Notes under the pieces: model-generated | The model's input: the letters and a program-made list of their open reading frames with translations, nothing else | Told to the model about the DNA's origin: nothing | Database searches by the model: none | Origin: Adineta vaga | Taxonomy: Eukaryota > Animalia > Rotifera | Length of the DNA: 64,000 bases | Assembly (NCBI GenBank): GCA_021613535.1 | Contig: CP075493.1 | Span: 16,182,001-16,246,000 of the forward strand | Direction of reading: 5' to 3' | Part shown: positions 27,432 through 38,700 of the stretch, piece by piece | Numbering within the stretch: position 1 is the stretch's first letter | How the letters are laid out: the number at the start of each line of letters is the position of its first letter | Made by a program: the position numbers and the translations under genes

Positions 27432-27856
27432 TCATGCTCTTTCGTAATTATTCATGGCAACGTAAGTATTGATCAAATAGTCCATATTTTTGGCAATCTG
27501 TTGACTCTTCGATGATGTACTTTCAAGTCGAAAATCTAAAGCATTCTGGAAGCTTTGAAGTGCACAAGAAATATTACTTAATTTTGTATGAATGGTGCCA
27601 ATACTACCATATATATCAGCAAGAGAACATTTGCAATCCTCAATATTGTCTCTACTTGTCTTAGGATTTGCTGATAATCGAACTTGATTAAAAATCTTCA
27701 AAACTGATTCGAAATGATTCTATGCATCCGTCAACTTGTGTTGTTCTTGAAGAATGTAGCCTATCATTCTGTAAATATCAGCGATATCAGAATGATAAGA
27801 TGGAAGCAGACTAGTTCGAATAGACAAACACATTTGAAAATTTGACAATGCCTCAT
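27432..27856 (-). pseudogene. TPR-repeat (kinesin light chain-like) gene 3' fragment, cut at junction C
   Basis: DEALSNFQMCLSIRTSLLPSYHSDIADIYRMIG and LADIYGSIGTIH...ALQSFQNALDFRL. Internal stop. Confidence 0.7.
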
Positions 27857-27927
27857 CTTGAGGGCGTGTGTGGGTGTGGGTGAGGCTATAGCTGGTCTCT
27901 CAACCTCACCCACACCCACACGAGATG
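27854..27927. repeat. Head-to-head telomeric-repeat junction site C
   Basis: CATCTTGAGGGCGTGTGTGGGTGTGGGTGAGG-spacer-CCTCACCCACACCCACACGAGATG. Confidence 0.9.
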
Positions 27928-28038
27928 AACAAACTCCATTGAACATTCTGAGAAGATAATTTTTATTTATTTTGTTGGTTAGACAACCATCAGTGATAAG
28001 CAAATTAGTCAAAGTCACTCAAAACTAAAGTTGAAGGA

Positions 28039-28404
28039 TTAACAGCGATTATCATCACATTGGCATAGACGATTATCAATAACATCAGTACCACCATGAT
28101 AAGTAACGGAATAAATAAAATGATAATAATTACGACGACGATTATCATCATCATCATCATCATCATCTTTAAAAAGAAAAAGACCATCGCGAAAAGGAAG
28201 ACGAAAACCACGATCATAACCATCAGAAGTACAAGTTGCATCATCACGCTTTGTATAATCCTTGTCATTACCATCAGGACGCCAGTACCAATCACGGCAG
28301 TGACCACATTCGACACAAGCACGTCCGTTACAATTAAGTTTCTTGTTAGAGTATGGTGATTTACTTTTTGATCCGGAAAAGTTGGACTTTTCTAAACAAA
28401 CCAT
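28039..28404 (-). CDS. Small Cys-rich protein with a poly-Asp tract, function unknown
   Basis: CNGRACVECGHCRDWYW...C...CQC. Confidence 0.5.
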   Translation of the reverse strand: MVCLEKSNFSGSKSKSPYSNKKLNCNGRACVECGHCRDWYWRPDGNDKDYTKRDDATCTSDGYDRGFRLPFRDGLFLFKDDDDDDDDNRRRNYYHFIYSVTYHGGTDVIDNRLCQCDDNRC

Positions 28405-29469
28405 TCCATTTCGTATAATGATTCATAACAAAAAAAAAAGAAAAATTGCTAATATATTCATTAAAGATGCAGGATTGTGTAAATTAACAGAAGAGAGTAC
28501 GTGTGATAGCAGTATTCATCAGTAGAACTAGTGATGATCATCTCTCATCAAAAGAGACAATCTAGAAAAAGCAGAATTTGAACTCTCCTTTATCTTCTAT
28601 GAGAGAGCGGGAAAGCTAGTCAATTACTTTTACGTTTGCAGTATGAGTTCAACCGATTTCATCCGCCGTAGTATTAACTTTCTGAGTACTACGACAATTT
28701 CGTTCCTTAATTTATAATATTAGCTACCTCTCAAAAATGAAATAACCCGAGCGAGTGTTGCAATTCTAAAACGTAAAGGTAAGAAATGTAAATAAGATGT
28801 GCATAACATATATATATTACTATTTTCGATAGTTACTATCAATATTGACGGTGGCATCCGTTGTTGCATTCGAATCCATATGAACTTCCTTTGGTGCTTC
28901 ATCGAGTTTGTCAGCACCTTCCTTTAAACTATCGATAATTTTAGTAGCACTACTTTTAAAAAAATCAGTAAATTTGTCCATGGTTTGAAATATCTCAATT
29001 GCTTGATGATAGAAAAAAACAAGGTACTATCTGAAAATATAACACGACAAGAAATAACAAATATTGATGAGAGAAGTAGCTTAAAAGTTAAGTAATTGCT
29101 AAAGAAATGACTATTGATAGCTTTCCATTCATAAACACAATAGTCTTTACATGCTCCGCATATAACAAAAAACAACAAAAAACGATATAAAGGTCTTTCT
29201 TGATAATACCAACGATTGTCACCATAGCTAATGTTGTATCAAATGCTTTTGCTTCATGACGATAGTCGTTTATATGGATAAAATAAAATAGAAAAGAAAA
29301 AGGATTAAGGCAAGGCAAATACTAGTGACTACCGTGATGGAAAATTACCGAACTGAATATTCTATTCGACGGAAGAGAAATGAAAAAATAACGAAAATGA
29401 TATTTATGCAGATATCATACCACGTGCTAAACATTTCTTTACTTTTTTCCTTTTCTCGTAATATTTTAT

Positions 29470-29757
29470 TTATTTTGATGTTTCAATCAAGCACGCACGC
29501 ACGACTTCGATTTGTTCGTTCTCATGAAGTATTGACAGAATTCTTTCAGCAATCGATTCACCAACTATTAGCAAAATTTGACAGTCTGTACTATCCGTAA
29601 TAAAATCGACGTATTCGTCCACATCATCGAATATTTCAACAATATTCATCGTTCGTTCAAGTTCTGTTTTTACCTTCTCTAAATCATCGATTCTTGCAAG
29701 ATCATTTTCGTCAAGCCAGATTAAAACGCAAATTTCTTTTGATCCAGACGATAACAT
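29470..29757 (-). pseudogene. N-terminal receiver-like domain of ART/TPR-type proteins, truncated
   Basis: LIWLDEN...FDDVDEYVDFIT....ILLIVG..IAERIL pattern. The frame ends abruptly. Confidence 0.55.
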
Positions 29758-30014
29758 CTCGTAGTCGAATATAAATTATGTGATCAATAAGACATATCGT
29801 ATTTTTTTGAAAGACAACCTCTCTTTTTAATTGTCAATTGGAAGAATATTTGTCTAGCATTTAAAGTAATATAGCTACAGTAATGTAAAAAACTATATAA
29901 CGAAAGAAAAAAGACACAGTGTGCACACAAGTTGGTGACAGAGAGCAGAAAAATGAGTTTCTACGTACTTATGGAAGCCGTAAGAATAAGAAAAAAAAAT
30001 TATATGCGAGTCGT

Positions 30015-30035
30015 CATCTTGAGGGTGAGGGTGTG
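30015..30035 (+). repeat. Telomeric-repeat half-site D (G arm only)
   Basis: CATCTTGAGGGTGAGGGTGTG. Confidence 0.75.
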
Positions 30036-30484
30036 CCGATTGGTTTCTTCAAGAATCCAATAAGAATAAAAGTAATTCGAAGTTGATAATTTTAGAAACG
30101 AATATATTGAGTTTTTGAATACTACTTCATTAAAATAATGAACTAAAATCATCTTTTAACAATCGAAAGTATAATGATGTCAACACACATCCACAATAAC
30201 TGTTATATTGGAATCTAATGTCACATGAACCTAATCCTCCTCATATCAACTATTTCAGATAATCTGATTATTTAATGTTTCTATATAAACGAAGAATATA
30301 ATTAAGTAATAAAACAAAACTATTCCGTTGTCAATTGACATGTTCTACTATAAAAACAATTTGAAAAACTATTTTAATGACGTATAGTGTAATGATTGTT
30401 CATCTGTATCTGATATATACAATTATATAATCATAGCTGATACAATGCTGGACAAGCCACTTAATGAATCATGGGACTTTGTGC

Positions 30485-30828
30485 TTACATTTGACAAACA
30501 CTCCTGAATGTTGTAGATTTGGTAGGAGATTGGAATGTTGTGGATTTGACAGGGCGCTGCACTGGTATAGATTTGGTAGGTGATTGTGATGTTGTGGGTC
30601 CAACAGAAGGCTGCGCTGGTGTAGATTTGCCAGGAAGTTGGGTTGTTGCAGGTTTGACAAGGAGCTGTGATGTTGTGGATTCAGCTGGAGGTTGAGATGT
30701 TGTAGATCCAGCAACAAGTAGTAATGCCTTAGTTTTAATAGGAGGCTGTGATGTTGTGGATGTAACAGGAGGTTTCACTCCTGTAGATCCGGTTTGAGGT
30801 TGAGACGTTGTAAGTTTGACAGAAAGTT
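30485..30828 (-). pseudogene. Mucin-like Ser/Thr/Pro repeat coding fragment, 5' end cut at junction E
   Basis: 9-aa repeats of the TTSQPPVKS type (27-bp period). Confidence 0.65.
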
Positions 30829-30874
30829 GGGGTGGGTGTGAGGATGATGATATTACCCACACCCACACTCTCAA
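30829..30874. repeat. Head-to-head telomeric-repeat junction site E
   Basis: GGGGTGGGTGTG-AGGATGATGATATT-ACCCACACCCACACTCTCAA, joining a mucin CDS to a PLE RT CDS. Confidence 0.88.
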
Positions 30875-32600
30875 ATATTTATCATCGCTTAAAACTATGG
30901 GTATTTTTTATTGGAAACGTTATGTGGATGACACTTTCGTCTTAATAGACTCAACATCTTCTGTCAAAGACATTTGTAATACTCTTTCTGAATATCATCC
31001 ATCTATTAAATTTACTTGTGAAGAAGAAGATCGATGTACTAGTACAACGCAAAGCAGATGAAGGTTTTCATACTCGAATTTATGGAAAACCAACGTTCAC
31101 TGGTCACATCACTAAATGGGATAGTTTCGTACCAAAAATTTATAAGTATGGTGCATTGTCATCCATGGTATATAGAGCTATTAAGATCTGCTCATCATAT
31201 GATCTTCTACATCGTGAATTCAACTCTATAAGATCAATAGCAAGGAGAAATGGATATCCTAGCTCAATTTTGAATTCAATTATTAGACGTCAACTTAATC
31301 TTCTATATACTCCTCCTAATCCAATGTCACCAACACCACTTACTAATGATACTGTTGTTTTTCGTGTACCTTATTTCGGACCGTTAAGTCATACATATGC
31401 AAAACGCATCACCTCAACTATTACTAAGAATTATCCATTGAAACAAATAAGGATTATTTATGATGTAAATGAACGCGTTGGAAATAGTTTTACCTTGAAA
31501 GATCCAATTCCAGAAAAAATGCAATCAGAAGTTGTTTATGAAGTCACTTGTTCAGAATGTAATATTGAATATATTGGTAAAACATACAGACATCTTAAAA
31601 CACGTGTACATGAACATCTAAATGATCAAAAAAACGATTTATGTTTGAAAAAAATTAATATATCAAAACCTACCTCGAAAAAAAGAAAAAAATCTATACT
31701 TAAACCGAATATCGAACGAAAAGGACCAGTAACTAGAACACAAACCGGTAAATTACCAAAGATTACTGTTACATTGAACCAGAAAGATCTTGACGAACTT
31801 TTGCATCATACTAAAATAAAAGAAAAACAATTAAAATCAAATCCTAATCAATCATCAATATCGAAACATTATTTCACCACCGGGCATATATTTTCTAATG
31901 ATAATTTTAAAATTAAATTAAAAGAACGATATAAATACAAGCTCACAATTAAAGAATCTCTTTTGATTAGAACATTAGAACCTCAATTGAATAAAGGAGT
32001 ACGTTCAATTCCGCTTTACATTTATCCGGGCGGAATAAAACGAAAAAAATAAACAAAGAAATCAAGATAATACAAACCTAATGATAAGTTCATCTACCCA
32101 ACCAATTGTACGTAAATAAGATAGATATTATTAGTTTTCGTCACATTTCTTTCTTTCTCTCCTTTTCTTAAGAATTAATATAAAATGATTCATTCTCTGG
32201 TCATATGAAACAATAAAACATACACATTCTTTACTCCAATAATTCTAAAACTGATCGAACAGATAGATATGCACATACACCAATCAAATTCATTCATATG
32301 ACCACCAAAACTATCACTTACTCGTACTTTTATTTGTGTATCATCATCTATCATTTCGCTTCGTCACATAATCCATCCAATTCAATACATATACTTGTCT
32401 TTCATCTATACTTTATACAGCACTTTTACATCTGAACCAAATATCCAATCTCTTTATTTATTCCAATATATATATATACATATATACATATCCACATATA
32501 AACAATCAAAGGATATCACATGTCTGAAGATGATGATCGAGATATGATCATCGAAATATTACAAAAGATAAAATTAAAATTATTTAAAATTAAAGATTTA
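30875..32600 (+). mobile_element. 5'-truncated Penelope-like element (RT C-terminus plus GIY-YIG endonuclease)
   Basis: WKRYVDDTF, HPSIKFTCEEE, YGKPTFTG, VVYEVTCSEC..EYIGKT.RHLKTRVHEH and KESLLI....PQLN. Frameshift or deletion near 31030-31060. The 3' end is approximate. Confidence 0.9.
32521..32563 (+). ncRNA. Minimal type I hammerhead ribozyme motif in the PLE 3' region
   Basis: TGT-CTGAAGA-T-GATGATC(loop)GATCATC-GAAA-TATT-ACA. Helix III is very short. Confidence 0.6.
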
Positions 32601-32701
32601 ATAACAATCACTGACTCATTCATATCAATGAAAACATTTCTCAGAAGTTAAACATAGACTTTTTTTTCATGTATTTTAATGAAATATTTCTATAATCCAA
32701 A

Positions 32702-35700
32702 TTACCACCATACAAATACTTCACGATAGATGTAAGTTGCTTTACATTGCTGAGGTAACGTTTTCAACATGATTAGCTCATTCAAATGATCAAAACATTG
32801 TCTACTTGCATCTTTCAATGAAATTAAGGCCAAATCACGAGTATTTTCATTGTTTTTATTCATTAGAAATTGTAAGATTGATTCCACATTGTTCAACTGT
32901 GTATTGATTGTAAGATGTTGCAAACGAGGAAATAATATAACAAGTAATTCGACTTTCTCCACTGTACAACTCTCTCGGTAAGTGATATTTTTGATACTAT
33001 TCATCTTTGATATGGATTGAAATGTTTCATTTTGTTCAATACTTATTTTACTCTTCTTATAGAGAGGCAATGTTTGAAAAGTTAATGTATGAAGATTTGG
33101 TGTATAAGTTAAGATTTCAATCAATTTTAAAACAGACAAACGACTACATTTGATAATCAAAGTTTGTAACTTTTGTAAAGGTAAAATACGACCAAGACTA
33201 ATGGGAATTGATCGACAAGCACCTGCAGAAAAGCTATTTTCTATGGTGAGTTTAGTAGCATTTGGAAAATAATCTATACATTTCTCCATGATTTTTTCGC
33301 TCATGATCTGAACATGATCAACTGACTTGAAACTGCTTCCATGTTCATCTGCACAAGTAATGTTGCTTAACTGATCATACATTTTATAATCTTTTCTTCT
33401 AGAAGACAAAACAAATCCTTTTGATCTAATCGAAATGTTAGAGATAAATACCTGTAGGGATTTATTGAATAGAGACGTCTCTCTTGCCCGTATTTTATTT
33501 GCCTCAACCCATAATCGAAAAACCATTGTCGTTCAATCCAAAATGAAGATCGAAATAGATTAAATTGCTCGTCAAATGCAATCTTTTCATTATCACGAAA
33601 GAGAATCGATACGAAAAACATATCGAAAATGCCTAGATTTGGTAAATGCATTGAAATTAATCGTTTCCATTCGTCAGCATCCAGAGTCCGTCTCGTTGTT
33701 GAAATGTGTAAAACTTCAACAAATGGAAAATGATTGATAAAAAGTTCTTGTAACTCAATAAATGTTATGTCATCACATATTTTGAGAGAAACATGTGTCA
33801 AATTCTTCAAAGTGTAGTAAGGTGGATTTGAAGGTTTAGATTCATAGTTTTGCGTTAGATCTACTTGCAAACGACGAAGATGAGGAACATATGATAGAAA
33901 ACAGTTCAACTGTTCGCAATTTATTTCATTGACGATAATTAAATGTTCAATGGAACTGTAATCGTTTATGGCATATGGTAATATATCTTCAGGATATGAA
34001 ACACCTAATGACACGTTACAATATTTCAATGAAGGTAAACGAAATATCTTCTGATAGATAGAAGATTTATTTGTAGCCCAGCTAGAAGTAGTGATAGTCA
34101 ATGATGACAATTGTAAGAATGAAATTAATTGATCAAGCAGATTGTTCAAATGCTTCGGTTCGATATTTTCAAGGATAAGTGTTCGAAGAAATGTTTTATG
34201 CGATAATCCGAATGCATTTTGATCAAACATGAAATAATTTGGAATTCTCAGAGTATGAATTCGATGTGTATTAGGTAAGATTATATCTTGATTATAACCA
34301 GTGAAAGTTGTTTGAGACATCGGAAAGAGATTGATCTTGAGTGGAAGAGTTGATTGCATAAGAAGCAAACGAAGTCGATAATTGAGATCAAAGAATCCTT
34401 TGTAAACATAATAATAATCGAGATATTCAAATATCTCATAAATAAGTTCATTTGCAAGATCTTCAAATTGTCTAATACTTTTTGATGAATTACTAATAAA
34501 CAAAAAGCAGAATTTCTATGTAATAATACAAATTCATGTTACTCACAAATTCTTTTTTTTTTTTTTAATATCAAATTTTATTGTCCCTTTATATTAGGTT
34601 GACAGTTATAAGAGAAAAAAAAGAGATTGCTAGAACACGCTCATTAGATTCCTTTTTACAAATTCAAAGATTGAGGGTAAAAGAAAGAGATACATTTAAG
34701 GAGAACAAGAAAGAATGATAAAAATAGTTACATTAGTGTTATTAGTGACATCTTTTTTTTTTTTTGTATATATACAAATACAACATAAGAACGAAAGATA
34801 TAAGATCAAGTGATACAATTTGACAATAACGTTGACCAAAGAGAAAAGAGAGAATGGAGATTCGAAGGTGAGAGAAGAGAATAAGATTTATATACGGTTT
34901 AAATGCACACATCGCATTTCATCCTTTTTCTTTTAGTTTTTACATGATTTGAAATACTCTACAAATCTTCGTATACTACATAAGGTATTTATATATGAAG
35001 TGACATATTGAGAAGGAGGAGTGTCTAAAGTACCCATATTGCTGACGATGATTTATCAAAAGATAACATATGTCCATTTTTGTGTGTTTAGCTTGTTTTG
35101 AAAGTCTTACAAGAAATTTATTGTTTTTTCGCATATCCATGCTTCGGTACCATATTTTTTTAGGCGATTTTGCAGATAGATATGCATTGAATGTTGATCG
35201 GTAATTGCTCGCTTCTAGAGATTTTTCTAAATGTATGTTGAATTTATACCAGTATTTAAATAGATAATCAGTGAGTGTGAGTTCTCTGGTTAAAGTATAA
35301 ACAGTAAAATCATCCCATTGATTGAGATTATATACGATACGAAGACCTGAGCAATATACATGTTCAATATTTCTCTGTTGAATTTCCGTGTAAAAGAACC
35401 AACATGAAAACAACCAGTTCAAATGAGGTAAAGCATACGCAAAGAATAATTTTCTTCTTAGTTTGCTTAAAGAAACTGGTATTTTTTGAAATAGAATTCG
35501 TAAAGCATGATAAATTTTTCTAACTTTTCGTAGCCGTTTATCGATATAAATTCCCCAACCAAGTTTGGTAGTTATTTCTACTCCCAAATATTTGAATCGT
35601 TTAACGAATTCAAGTTCATTTCCTTTATATTTTATTTTAGGATATGATGGATTTACTATATTGTGTACCAACATTGCTTTTGTTTTGTTAATGTTTACTG

Positions 35701-38700
35701 GAAGTAAGTTGTTATCGGCATACGTTTCTAAGATTTTCATGGCAACTTCTGCTTGTTTTTCAAGTTCTCTTATGTTTACCGAAAAGCGTTTTTCAAGTGC
35801 TCCTGTAATTACAATAGCAAGATCATCTGCAAAAAGATGACAGACTAGATTCATAAAGAAAGAAGGTAGAAAATGAACGTGCAGACGAAACAATGTAGCA
35901 GCAAGAACAGAACCTTGAGGAGTTCCAACAAAAATATTGATCGATTTCGAGACTACTTCACCAACATGTATAGACATTGTTCGCCCTGTTAGCCATGCGA
36001 AGATCCACCTCAACAGAGGTAATGGAAAATCGAGTTTGACAAGAGTTGATATTAAAGCAGGATGCCACATTCTGTCGAACGCTGACATAAAATCTACGAA
36101 AACAATTAGCGCTGGTCGGTTATTCGCTGCTATTGTTAGTCTTAGATCATCGACAAGTGATAGTATACGAGTTTGCAATCTTCGTTCCGCAGTGAATCCC
36201 GATTGTTCATCGATATAGATGTTTTTGTCGTGACACCACTTTAGAATACGTGCATGAATTATTCTCTCGAACATTTTCCCGACGTTTGATAGTAGTGAGA
36301 TTGGTCGTAATTTATTAACTTCTGGATATTGACCATCTTTCGACAAGCAAATGACTTTCGCGTGTTTACTTACTTGTAGAACGCTACCTTTTTCAGCAAC
36401 TTTATTAAATGCAACAGTGAATATTTGCATATATTCGGTTGGCATTTTATTTAGTAGAAAAGCCGAAATTCCTTCTGAATCAGTTGATTTCTTTTTTTGT
36501 GTTTTCTTTAAAGCATTCAGTACTTCTTGTAGAGTTATTCTTTCGATCGATAAATTTCCCAGTTGATGTATACTTTCATATGATTTTATTGCTTCTGTGT
36601 GTACCAAGTTGTTTCTGTCAATTGTTGGGTTTTCAAAATGTTTGTCGTAATAAACTGCAAGCGTGTCCGCTATTATTTGTGGATCTTTTACGATACCACT
36701 TGGTGTTGTAAGTCCCTTGAACGGTGGCGCATAAGGATGGAAGGTTGGATATACATATTTCCATATATTATTTCCTGTTGATATGTAGGATATTTTCTCA
36801 TCGACTTTTTTCTGTAAGAACAGGGTTTTTTCGTCTTCAAGTTTCTGTTTGAAGTACAAATAATTTTTCAAGTTTTCTTGTGTTTTAAGTCTTCTATATC
36901 TTCTTCTTGCAGTGTTCTGCTGTCTCGCTAGTTGTACAAGATATGGTGGCCAAGGTGGTCTATATTTTTTAACCGGTACGTATTCACTTGTTCTATCCCA
37001 TAATGAGTTGAGAAATTTCAGGAAGAGATCAAGGAACGCATCTGGTTCCATATTGTATGCAATTGAATTAAAATAAGGATAGGCACATTCTAGAAAATAA
37101 GTAAAAATCTTCCAATTTGTTTTGCGAAAGTAATTTTCGGTTCCGGCTGATAGAGGAGTCCTTATCAAGACAGGATAGTGGTCAGATGATCCTTCATTCA
37201 ATGTTTCTGCTTGCCATCCATTAGCATCGTGGGTAATTCCAAAATCAATAAATGCTGGTGATCGTTTTGATGTTGGTTTATTTGTGAGTATAAGTTCACA
37301 TCCAGTCTCCTCGAGCCAGCTTTTCAGTTGTAAACCACTTGTGTTGTTTTCTGGACAGTTCCAATCAACATTTTTTGCATTATAATCCCCGAAAATATAG
37401 AAAGGTTTATTTCTTATATTGTCAAATAAATGTCGCGGAAAGGATGTGTTTGGCGGTACATAAATTGCACCTAGTATAATTGGTTTAGGATGAATTACTA
37501 ATTCAATAAGAATGAAATTCAATTGCTTGTCGACCACTTTAGTTTTGAGTGACTCATGAATGAGTATTGCAACACCTCCGAACGAATTTGTTCCTTCTTG
37601 ACTGATCCAGTAATACGAATTAGTTTGTGGTAATTTCTTTATCTTTGCTCCAACACCAGTTAATATACAGATTTGTGGCGTATATGTTGACAAAAGAATA
37701 TCAAGATCAGCAATATGAGTACTTAGACATTGACAGTTATAAAGAATGAGAGAAAGATTTTCACACGATACAATAGGTCGATCTTTATGCCATAAATTGG
37801 AGATATTAGATAAGGAGATTGTATTATTCCATTCTTCAACGATCTTACTTAAAGTTCTCTTTTCACTTTTGCTACCTTGAAAATATCCACATACGTTCAA
37901 ATTTATACTCGATGGATAGAAATGGAAACTATTGCTCATTGGATGACTGGTCATTTGGGTACATACCTCTCATTAGTAGTTCGTTTTGCTTGTCCATGAT
38001 TTCCTTGAGTTTAAGGTGATGATTTTCAAGTAGCAACATTCGATTGTTGACCATAGTTAATGTAGTTCCAATTGTTTTAATCATAGTTTCTCTTGTTTGT
38101 TTTTCTTTTTTATTAGTCATTTCATTATTGAATTTTTCCATAACTTGATTCGTTATTTCAATAGATTGAAGCATTGGTGGTATAATTTCATTAATATTAG
38201 TATACATGTCTGACATAGCTTCTGCTTGAGTCTTAATTTGAAGATTGAATAACTGCCATTCTTCGACCATTTTTTGTGTTTGTTTTTCTTGTTCCGCTTT
38301 TAAGTTTTTAAGTTCATTTTCATGTTCTCTTTTCAGAGTATGCAGTTCTTCATATAACTTCTTTATCTCCGAATTCAATTGTGTTGTTGTATGTGAAGTA
38401 GAATCTGTATTCGGTGTTAATGATGGCCATGCATTTCTATCATTTGTGTTTCCATTGAACAAATTTCGTTGTTGTACACCTGGTTGAGTTTTATTATTGT
38501 TTTCATTAGTCAAGAATTTCGTACGTTTCTGGTCTCGAAATTGCCGTGGAATATAGAATTGAAGATGTTGTGGTAATAAATATGAATTATTTTTTAATTT
38601 TTGTAATAATTCTTTTCTGAATTTAGTTATTGTTGAACACGCATAACTTGTTGCTTCATGTTCTCCACCGCAATGGTGACAATTGATATTACAAGTGTAA

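Noticed and set aside
28005-28359. Hydrophobic ORFs 28005-28322 and 28096-28359
   Set aside because: They are alternative-frame or antisense readings of the (GAT)n tract in the Cys-rich ORF.
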